This document shows positions 49,236 to 64,000 of a stretch of DNA of 64,000 nt, in pieces; position 1 is the stretch's first letter, and each line of letters starts with the position of its first letter. Source of the DNA: Nitrospira sp. (GTDB lineage Bacteria > Nitrospirota > Nitrospiria > Nitrospirales > Nitrospiraceae). The position numbers were made by a program, and so were the translations under genes. The stretch covers positions 2,784,001-2,848,000 of the forward strand of contig AP038806.1 in NCBI GenBank assembly GCA_047150005.1. Reading direction: 5' to 3'. The notes beneath the pieces are model-generated. The model made no database searches, was not told the DNA's origin, and saw nothing but the letters and a program-made list of their open reading frames with translations.

Positions 49236-50171
49236 ATGAAGAAGGAAGAGAAGGCCACAGCAGTGGCGGAGTTGACGGAAAAGTTCGGCCGGGCGCGGTT
49301 GGCCATTCTGACCGAGTGCAGCGGGCTGCCGGTCAACCAGGTGACCGAGCTTCGGAAACAGCTGCGAGGCGCCAAGGCGGAATACAAGATCGTCAAGAAT
49401 ACGTTGGCGGCGCGGGCTTCCGAAGGGACTTCCCTGTCGGGGTTGAAGACCTATTTGAAGGGGCCGACGGGCATGGTGATCGGCTACGACGATCCGGTGC
49501 TCCCAACCAAGATCCTCCGGGACTTCATCGCGGCCGAGAAACGGGAAGAGAAAATCCGTATCACGCTCGGCGTGCTGGAAGGGAAAGTCGTTCAGGCCGC
49601 CGAATTGGCGGCCGTGGCAAAGCTTCCGAAAAAGGAAGTGTTGATTGCGATGCTGTTGTCGGCGATGCAGGGGCCGATTCGCGGCGTCGTCTATACGCTC
49701 AATGCAGTGCTGTCCAAGTTTGTGAGAGTCATTGCCGCCATTCAGGATAAACGGAAAGGAGAAGGAGACATGCCAGCTACAGAGGGAAAGTTGTCGCAGG
49801 AGGAATTGATCAAGGCCATCGAGAGCATGAGTGTGCTCGATCTGGCTGAATTGGTGAAGGGGCTCGAGAACCGCTTCGGCGTCACCGCCGCAGCTCCGGT
49901 CGCCGTGGCTGCGGCCCCCGCCGCGGGTGGTGCCGCTGCCGCTCCCGCGGAGGAGAAGACGGCGTTCGACGTCATTTTGGCCTCCGCGCCGGCGGACAAG
50001 AAGATTCAGGTCATCAAGGTCGTGCGCGAGCTCACCAGCCTGGGACTCAAGGAAGCCAAGGACCTCGTGGAAGGGGCTCCCAAGCCGGTCAAGAATGGCG
50101 TGGCCAAGGAAGAAGCCGACACGATGAAGAAGAAGCTGGAAGAGAGCGGCGCGAAGGTCGAGATCAAGTAG
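49236..50171 (+). CDS. rplJ: 50S ribosomal protein L10 fused in frame to L7/L12 (311 aa)
   Basis: L10 motifs (LRKQLR...[19 protein letters not shown]) continue without stop via [10 protein letters not shown] into MPATEG...L12. Confidence 0.9.
   Translation: MKKEEKATAVAELTEKFGRARLAILTECSGLPVNQVTELRKQLRGAKAEYKIVKNTLAARASEGTSLSGLKTYLKGPTGMVIGYDDPVLPTKILRDFIAAEKREEKIRITLGVLEGKVVQAAELAAVAKLPKKEVLIAMLLSAMQGPIRGVVYTLNAVLSKFVRVIAAIQDKRKGEGDMPATEGKLSQEELIKAIESMSVLDLAELVKGLENRFGVTAAAPVAVAAAPAAGGAAAAPAEEKTAFDVILASAPADKKIQVIKVVRELTSLGLKEAKDLVEGAPKPVKNGVAKEEADTMKKKLEESGAKVEIK
49770..50171 (+). CDS. rplL: 50S ribosomal protein L7/L12 (internal in-frame start)
   Basis: [59 protein letters not shown]. Confidence 0.92.
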   Translation: MPATEGKLSQEELIKAIESMSVLDLAELVKGLENRFGVTAAAPVAVAAAPAAGGAAAAPAEEKTAFDVILASAPADKKIQVIKVVRELTSLGLKEAKDLVEGAPKPVKNGVAKEEADTMKKKLEESGAKVEIK

Positions 50172-50193
50172 CCTGTCGTTCGATCAGCATCTG

Positions 50194-50219
50194 TGGGTAC
50201 CCGCATGTGCGGGTACCCA
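50194..50219. promoter_or_regulatory. Perfect 12-bp inverted repeat between rplL and rpoB (possible attenuator/processing hairpin)
   Basis: TGGGTACCCGCA-TG-TGCGGGTACCCA; no U-tract. Confidence 0.5.
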
Positions 50220-50249
50220 AGCCCAACCATTGTAGTGGAGGACTGGCGA

Positions 50250-53200
50250 ATGTCCGAAACGACTCTACAAGAGTTCGTCGAGCGGAAAGACTTTTCCCGC
50301 ATCCGTACGAGCATCGATATTCCGGATCTCATCGAGATCCAGAAACGATCCTACGAAGAGTTTCTGCAATTCGAAGCGGAGGCTGAACGGCGAAAAGATC
50401 ATGGACTCCAGGCCGCCCTGGCCAGCGTGTTTCCGATCCCGGATTACAACAACACGGCCGTCCTGGAGTTCACCAGCTACACGCTCGGAATACCCAAGTA
50501 TGACGAACGGGAGTGCCTGGAGCAGGGTATGACCTTCGCCGTGCCGCTGAAGCTGCGCGTGCGACTCGTGGTTTTCGACAAGGAAGACAAGGGACCCAAG
50601 AAGAAGGTGCTGGATGTGCGCGAGCAGGAGGTCTACGTGGGCGAGCTTCCGCTCATGACGGAGCGGGGCACGTTCATCGTCAACGGGACCGAGCGGGTTG
50701 TCGTCAGCCAGTTGCACCGGTCGCCGGGCGCCTCGTTTACCCACGACAAGGGCCGGACTCACGCCAGCGGGAAAGTGCTCTACTCGGCAAGGATCATTCC
50801 CTATCGGGGCTCCTGGCTCGACTTCGAGTTTGACGCGCGTGACATTCTCTACGTGCGTATCGATCGCCGCCGCAAGATGCCGGCCACCATTCTTCTGAAG
50901 GCGTTCGGCTACTCCGGCGACGATCTGCTGAAAATGTACTATCCCGTGGAAGAGATTCGGGTGGTGAAGGGCAAGCTGATGCGGAAGCTGGATCCCGAGA
51001 TCCATCAGGGGCTTCGCTGTTCAGTGGAGTTGTCCGACAAGAGCGGAAAGGAGCCGCTGGTTCGGGAAGGCACCAAGTTGACCAAGGGTGTGATCGCCAA
51101 GCTCAAGGCCGCCGGGGTAAAGGAAATCCCGCTCTCGCCTTCTGAGCTGGTGGGACGCGCGGTGCTTACGGAGCTGCTGGACAGCAAGAAGAACAAGCTT
51201 GCGGAGAAGAATCAGCGGCTGACCGCCGAAGTCGTCGAGCGGATCCTGGAGGCCGAGATCGAGGAGTTCAAGGTCATCTACTTCGACACGGCCACCACGA
51301 CCCCGGTCATTCTCGACACGTTGGAAATGGAGCGCACGGGTTCCAAGGAGGAGGCGATGGTCGAAATCTATCGCCGGCTCCGTCCTGGTGAGACTCCGTC
51401 CGTCGAGACGGCCCGCGCCCTGTTCGACAATCTGTTCCTCAATTCGAAACGGTACGATCTCTCGCCGGTCGGCCGATTGAAGCTCAACAAGAAGCTAGGG
51501 CTCGATCTGCCGCTGGAGCAGCGCACGCTGACGGCCCAGGACATCGTCGAGGTCATCCGCTACCTGGTCAATCTCAAGATGGGCAAGGGCGAGATCGACG
51601 ATATCGACCATTTGGGCAATCGGCGGGTTCGGTCGGTCGGCGAATTGCTGGAAAATCAGTTCAGGCTCGGGCTGGTCCGCATGGAGCGCAGCATCAAGGA
51701 GCGCATGAACCTCCTGGATATGGAGACCGTTCTGCCCCATGACCTGATCAACGCCAAGCCGGTCGTGGCCGCCGTCAAGGAATTTTTCAGCAGCAGCCAG
51801 CTGTCGCAGTTCATGGATCAGACGAATCCGCTGGCGGAGATCACTCACAAGCGCCGTCTGTCGGCGCTGGGTCCCGGCGGTTTGACGCGGGAGCGGGCTG
51901 GGTTCGAGGTCCGCGACGTGCATCCCTCGCACTACAGCCGCATCTGTCCGATCGAAACCCCGGAAGGACCGAACATCGGCTTGATCACCTCCCTGGCCAC
52001 CTATGCCAGGATCAACCAATTCGGGTTCATCGAAGCTCCGTATCGGAGGGTCGAGAAAGGTCGCGTTACCGACCAGATCGAGTTCTTATCGGCCATCGAG
52101 GGCGACAAATACGTCATCGCTCAGGCCAACTCGAAGGTGGATGGCGGGGGGCGGCTGGTGTCCGAAACGGTATCCGCCCGGTCTGCGGGAGATTTCGTCA
52201 CGGCGACCCCCGACAAGATCGAATACATGGACGTTTCTCCCAAGCAGGTCGTCAGCGTGGCGACTGCCCTTGTGCCGTTCCTGGAGCACGATGACGCGAA
52301 CCGCGCGTTGATGGGGTCCAACATGCAGCGCCAAGCGGTACCGTTGTTGAAGGCGGAAGCCCCATTGGTGGGGACCGGCATGGAAGCGGTGGTGGCTCGG
52401 GATTCCGGCTACGTGGTCCAAGCCAGACGGTCCGGCGTCGTCGAAAGCGTCGATGCCACCCGAGTCGTCGTGCGCGCCGATGCCAAAGAGGGGCGGAAGC
52501 GGAACGATTCAGGACTTGACGTTTACGATATGATCAAGTTTCAGCGGTCGAATCAAAACACCTGCATCACCCAGACTCCGGTGGTGCGGATCGGGCAGCC
52601 CGTGAAGAAGGGCCAGGTGCTGGCCGACGGCCCGGCCATCGACCAGGGGGAACTGGCGCTCGGCAAGAACGTGCTGGTCGCGTTCATGCCCTGGGGCGGC
52701 TACAACTTCGAAGACGCCATCCTCCTGAGTGAGAAGCTGGTGCGCGAGGATGCGTTCACCTCGATTCACATCGAGGAGTTCGAGGTAGAGGCCCGCGACA
52801 CCAAGCTGGGGAAGGAAGATATCACGCGCGACATTCCGAACGTCGGCGAAGAGGCGCTGCGCAATCTCGACGAGAGCGGCATTATCCGGATCGGCGCGGA
52901 AGTGAAGCCTGGCGACATTCTGGTCGGCAAGGTGACGCCGAAAGGCGAGACGCAGCTGACTCCGGAAGAGAAGCTCCTCCGTGCCATCTTCGGCGAGAAG
53001 GCCGGAGATGTGAAGGACACGTCGTTGACCGTGCCTCCGGGTGTCGAGGGCATCATCGTCGACGTGAAGATTTTTTCACGCAAGGGGCTCGACAAAGACG
53101 AGCGCTCCAAGAGCATCGAGAGTGAAGATGCGATGAAGCTCCAGCGTGATCATCACGAGGAGCTGCGCATCATCGACGAGGAAAAGACCAAGAAAGTCAG

Positions 53201-54206
53201 GAAGCTGCTGTTGGGTAAAGTGGTCGGTCGCGACCTGATGGATCCCGAGAGCGGTGACGTCATTTTGAAGAAAAAAGGCAAGCTGACCGCGGAGATCCTC
53301 AAGCGGCTGCCCGACGACACGGTCCGGTACATCATCCTGAGTGATCCGGATGAGCAAAAGGAGCTCGAGGACGTCGAGCGCCGGGCCAAAGAGCAGATCG
53401 AGATTCTGCAGACGCTATACGACGAGAAGGTTGGGCGCCTGAAGCGGGGCGACGAGCTGCCGCCGGGCGTCATCAAGCTCGTCAAAGTCTACATTTCGAT
53501 GAAGCGCAAGATACAAGTCGGAGACAAGATGGCCGGCCGGCACGGCAATAAGGGTGTCGTGTCACGGGTCCTTCCCGAAGAGGACATGCCCTATTTGCCG
53601 GATGGGACGCCGGTGGAAATCGTCTTGAATCCGCTCGGTGTGCCTTCTCGTATGAATGTGGGACAGATTTTGGAGACTCACCTGGGCTGGGCCGCGAGGG
53701 CCTTGGGTATCAAGGTGGCGAGCCCCGTATTCGATGGTGCGTCGGAGAAGGAAATCAAAGACTTGCTGAAGAAGGCCAAGCTGCCGCCGAGCGGACAGAC
53801 CGTGCTCATGGACGGTCGGAGCGGCGAGCCATTCGGCAGTCCGGTCACAGTGGGCTACATGTATGTATTGAAGCTGCACCATCTGGTCGACGACAAGATT
53901 CACGCACGGTCGATCGGACCCTACTCGCTCGTGACACAGCAGCCGTTGGGCGGCAAGGCTCAGTTCGGCGGACAGCGGTTGGGCGAGATGGAGGTTTGGG
54001 CGCTGCAGGCCTATGGCGCGGCCTCCACGCTGCAGGAATTCCTGACCGTCAAGTCCGATGACGTGCCGGGCAGGTCGCGGATGTATGAAGCTGTCGTCAA
54101 AGGGGAGCCGTTCCTGGAGCCGGGCTTGCCCGAGTCGTTCAACGTGCTGGTCAAGGAGCTGCAAAGCCTCGGGCTGGACGTCGAGTTGGTCAAGACTCAA
54201 GACTAA
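50250..54206 (+). CDS. rpoB: RNA polymerase beta subunit
   Basis: [43 protein letters not shown]. Confidence 0.99.
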   Translation: MSETTLQEFVERKDFSRIRTSIDIPDLIEIQKRSYEEFLQFEAEAERRKDHGLQAALASVFPIPDYNNTAVLEFTSYTLGIPKYDERECLEQGMTFAVPLKLRVRLVVFDKEDKGPKKKVLDVREQEVYVGELPLMTERGTFIVNGTERVVVSQLHRSPGASFTHDKGRTHASGKVLYSARIIPYRGSWLDFEFDARDILYVRIDRRRKMPATILLKAFGYSGDDLLKMYYPVEEIRVVKGKLMRKLDPEIHQGLRCSVELSDKSGKEPLVREGTKLTKGVIAKLKAAGVKEIPLSPSELVGRAVLTELLDSKKNKLAEKNQRLTAEVVERILEAEIEEFKVIYFDTATTTPVILDTLEMERTGSKEEAMVEIYRRLRPGETPSVETARALFDNLFLNSKRYDLSPVGRLKLNKKLGLDLPLEQRTLTAQDIVEVIRYLVNLKMGKGEIDDIDHLGNRRVRSVGELLENQFRLGLVRMERSIKERMNLLDMETVLPHDLINAKPVVAAVKEFFSSSQLSQFMDQTNPLAEITHKRRLSALGPGGLTRERAGFEVRDVHPSHYSRICPIETPEGPNIGLITSLATYARINQFGFIEAPYRRVEKGRVTDQIEFLSAIEGDKYVIAQANSKVDGGGRLVSETVSARSAGDFVTATPDKIEYMDVSPKQVVSVATALVPFLEHDDANRALMGSNMQRQAVPLLKAEAPLVGTGMEAVVARDSGYVVQARRSGVVESVDATRVVVRADAKEGRKRNDSGLDVYDMIKFQRSNQNTCITQTPVVRIGQPVKKGQVLADGPAIDQGELALGKNVLVAFMPWGGYNFEDAILLSEKLVREDAFTSIHIEEFEVEARDTKLGKEDITRDIPNVGEEALRNLDESGIIRIGAEVKPGDILVGKVTPKGETQLTPEEKLLRAIFGEKAGDVKDTSLTVPPGVEGIIVDVKIFSRKGLDKDERSKSIESEDAMKLQRDHHEELRIIDEEKTKKVRKLLLGKVVGRDLMDPESGDVILKKKGKLTAEILKRLPDDTVRYIILSDPDEQKELEDVERRAKEQIEILQTLYDEKVGRLKRGDELPPGVIKLVKVYISMKRKIQVGDKMAGRHGNKGVVSRVLPEEDMPYLPDGTPVEIVLNPLGVPSRMNVGQILETHLGWAARALGIKVASPVFDGASEKEIKDLLKKAKLPPSGQTVLMDGRSGEPFGSPVTVGYMYVLKLHHLVDDKIHARSIGPYSLVTQQPLGGKAQFGGQRLGEMEVWALQAYGAASTLQEFLTVKSDDVPGRSRMYEAVVKGEPFLEPGLPESFNVLVKELQSLGLDVELVKTQD

Positions 54207-54252
54207 CCACTTGTGTGCCGGGCATGTCCCGGCATCAGAGGAGGTCACTACC

Positions 54253-58434
<4,182 letters not shown>

Positions 58435-58460
58435 CGCCTGACGTCCGGTTCGAGCATGGC

Positions 58461-58489
58461 TTGACAGCATAAGGGTTGATCATTATAAT
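58461..58489 (+). promoter_or_regulatory. Consensus sigma70 promoter of the str operon
   Basis: TTGACA-17 nt-TATAAT. Confidence 0.85.
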
Positions 58490-58557
58490 CCTCCGGCTTT
58501 GCCCTTGAAGTTCGGGGTCGAGCGGAAAATCAGCAGTTCAGATCAAGAGAGAGAGCA

Positions 58558-58929
58558 ATGCCGACGATCAATCAACTCGTGAGAAAGGGCCGGCAGCTGG
58601 CCCATGCCAAGACCAAGAGTCCCGCGCTCAAGGCCTGTCCGCAGAAACGCGGCGTGTGCCTCCGCGTCTACACGTCGACGCCGAAGAAGCCGAATTCCGC
58701 GCTTCGGAAAGTCGCCCGTGTTCGACTGACGAACGGGATGGAAGTGACGACGTACATTCCCGGAGTCGGTCATAACCTTCAAGAACATTCGATCGTGCTC
58801 GTGCGAGGCGGTCGCGTGAAGGATTTGCCGGGCGTGCGGTATCACATCGTGCGCGGTGCGCTCGACGCTGTCGGCGTTGCCGACCGAAAGCAAGGCCGCT
58901 CCAAGTACGGAGCCAAGCGTCCGAAGTAA
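58558..58929 (+). CDS. rpsL: 30S ribosomal protein S12
   Basis: [28 protein letters not shown]. Confidence 0.99.
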   Translation: MPTINQLVRKGRQLAHAKTKSPALKACPQKRGVCLRVYTSTPKKPNSALRKVARVRLTNGMEVTTYIPGVGHNLQEHSIVLVRGGRVKDLPGVRYHIVRGALDAVGVADRKQGRSKYGAKRPK

Positions 58930-58966
58930 TTTGATCCACCGAATCTGAGCAGAGAGAACGGAACGT

Positions 58967-59437
58967 ATGCCACGAAGCAGATTTTTGGGACAGCGAGAGC
59001 CGCTCCCGGACGTTCGATATCGCGACAAGATCGTCGGGAAATTTCTCAACATCCTGATGGAGAACGGCAAGAAGAGTACGGCGGAACGGATTTGTTACGG
59101 CGCGTTCGACGTGATCCAGGAGAAAACGAGCGGAGATCCCCTCAAGGTGTTCAAGGCGGCGATTGATAACGTGAAGCCGATCGTCGAAGTGAAGTCTCGA
59201 CGGGTCGGTGGCGCCTCGTATCAGGTGCCGGTCGAAATCCGCCCCGCTCGCCGGATGTCGTTGGCGCTACGTTGGTTGTCGGAGTATGCGCGGACGCGCG
59301 GCGGCAAGAGCATGCGGGAGAAGCTCGCGGCCGAACTGCTGGACGCATCCAACAATACAGGGGCCGCGGTAAAGAAGCGGGAAGACGTGCATCGCATGGC
59401 GGAGGCCAACAAGGCCTTCGCGCACTATCGCTGGTAA
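58967..59437 (+). CDS. rpsG: 30S ribosomal protein S7
   Basis: [28 protein letters not shown]. Confidence 0.99.
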   Translation: MPRSRFLGQREPLPDVRYRDKIVGKFLNILMENGKKSTAERICYGAFDVIQEKTSGDPLKVFKAAIDNVKPIVEVKSRRVGGASYQVPVEIRPARRMSLALRWLSEYARTRGGKSMREKLAAELLDASNNTGAAVKKREDVHRMAEANKAFAHYRW

Positions 59438-59548
59438 CGTCATTCTGTGCTGCAGTTGGGCCGTGCTGCGATCCGCAGACGCGGGGTGCCCCTGAATCGC
59501 AGCTTTCACCGGCTCAATCTGCAGCACGTGTATTTTTAGGGGTTAAAC

Positions 59549-61630
<2,082 letters not shown>

Positions 61631-61666
61631 TTTCGGCGGTCACAGAAGTCGTAGGGAGGATTCGGT

Positions 61667-62872
<1,206 letters not shown>

Positions 62873-62896
62873 CGAGCGGGAAGGGTAGGGGTTGGC

Positions 62897-63211
62897 ATGG
62901 TGAAGGTCGATCAAAGAATCAGAATCAGGTTGCGCGGGTTTGACTACCGCGTGCTAGATCAATCTGTGGCGGAAATCGTCGAAACGGTTCGTCGCAGCGG
63001 CGCAAAAATCGTGGGCCCGATCCCGTTGCCGACGCGGATCGAGAAATTCACGGTGCAGCGCGCCACCCACGCCGACAAGAAGGCGCGCGAGCAATTTGAA
63101 ATTCGCACGCACAAGCGTCTCATGGATATTATGGAGCCGACGCCGGAAACCATGGATTCCTTGATGAAGCTGAATTTGGCTGCCGGCGTGGACGTAGAAA
63201 TAAAGTTATGA
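62897..63211 (+). CDS. rpsJ: 30S ribosomal protein S10
   Basis: [27 protein letters not shown]. Confidence 0.98.
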   Translation: MVKVDQRIRIRLRGFDYRVLDQSVAEIVETVRRSGAKIVGPIPLPTRIEKFTVQRATHADKKAREQFEIRTHKRLMDIMEPTPETMDSLMKLNLAAGVDVEIKL

Positions 63212-63280
63212 GTTCTGAGCGCTCAGTGCTGAGTTCAGGATGATGCAAGTCTCAGCACTCAGAACTCGGCACTCAGGACT
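63208..63280. repeat. Inverted heptamer-repeat hairpin
   Basis: TGAGTTCTGAGCGCTCAGTGCTGAGT ... CTCAGCACTCAGAACTCGGCACTCAGGACT. Confidence 0.7.
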
Positions 63281-63289
63281 GGATGAAAT

Positions 63290-63910
63290 ATGACGAACGG
63301 ATTGCTCGGAAAAAAACTCGGAATGACACAGGTCTTCGATGAGAGTCAGCTGGTTCCGGTGACGGTGATCAGCGCGGGGCCTTGTCGGGTCGTGACGGTG
63401 AAGACGAAAGAGCGAGACGGATACGAGGCGGTGCAGCTGTCTTATGGCGATGCGAAAGAGCGCCTCATGTCCAAGGCGGAGCTGGGTCATCTCAAGAAGC
63501 ATGAGGCGCCCGCCAGCCGGACGCTCAAAGAATTCAAGAAGACCGGCGATGTGGCGATCGGTCAGACGATCAAGGTGGATATTTTCAAGAAGGGTGACTG
63601 GGTCGACGTGATCGGCGTGTCCAAAGGAAAGGGCTTTCAGGGAGTCGTGCGCCGTCATCATTACTCCGGAGGACCGGAGTCGCACGGGTCCATGTTCCAT
63701 CGGGCCCCGGGGTCGATCGGCGCCAGCTCATTTCCTTCCCGCGTGTGGAAAGGGAAGACGTTACCTGGACACATGGGCGCGGAGCGAGTGACCACGCAGC
63801 GGCTGAAGGTCGTCGAGTCGCGACCGGAAGAGAATCTCCTGTTTGTGCGCGGGGCTGTTCCCGGCGCCGCAAATGGGTTGCTCGTGGTCAGAAAGTCGAA
63901 GAAGGGATAG
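63290..63910 (+). CDS. rplC: 50S ribosomal protein L3
   Basis: GKKLGMTQ, SKGKGFQG, HRAPGSIG, GHMG, GAVPG. Confidence 0.98.
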   Translation: MTNGLLGKKLGMTQVFDESQLVPVTVISAGPCRVVTVKTKERDGYEAVQLSYGDAKERLMSKAELGHLKKHEAPASRTLKEFKKTGDVAIGQTIKVDIFKKGDWVDVIGVSKGKGFQGVVRRHHYSGGPESHGSMFHRAPGSIGASSFPSRVWKGKTLPGHMGAERVTTQRLKVVESRPEENLLFVRGAVPGAANGLLVVRKSKKG

Positions 63911-63913
63911 GAC

Positions 63914-64000
63914 ATGCCGACGGTCGACGTCATTGATGTGAACAGGCGCAAAGTAGGTTCCGCCGAGCTTCCCGCCGAAGTGTTCGGCTGCCAGCCGCAT
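63914..64000 (+). CDS. rplD: 50S ribosomal protein L4 (5' part, truncated by window end)
   Basis: MPTVDVIDVNRRKVGSAELPAEVFG after rplC; S10 operon order. Confidence 0.85.
   Translation, partial: MPTVDVIDVNRRKVGSAELPAEVFGCQPH

Overview
GC-rich bacterial chromosome window, most consistent with a Nitrospira-like organism (inferred from gene content and protein style, not from a search). About 1-18 kb is accessory: a Cys/His-repeat exported protein missed by the ORF track, an orphan GAF histidine kinase, and a secreted Cys-rich protein with a CnaB-like C-terminus. These are followed by a two-partner secretion pair (FHA-like TpsA + TpsB), an exported TPR-CHAT caspase-like protease, a CHASE2 class III nucleotide cyclase, a DUF928 protein, a LuxR-type regulator with recurring tandem operator-like boxes, and an intact IS3-family element. 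About 18-44 kb is housekeeping: DUF72, malQ, a sigma54 two-component pair, a degenerate REase-domain protein, tRNA-Arg, a Gld-like ABC system, rlpA, HEAT proteins, glgP and a UvrD helicase. About 44-64 kb is the tRNA-tuf-rpmG-secE-nusG-rplKA-rplJL-rpoBC-rpsLG-fusA-tuf-S10 supercluster. The most striking observations are that rplJ has no stop codon and reads in frame into rplL (L10-L7/L12 fusion with an internal RBS), and the TPS/CHAT/CHASE2-cyclase/DUF928 module, a candidate cell-surface proteolytic signalling system.
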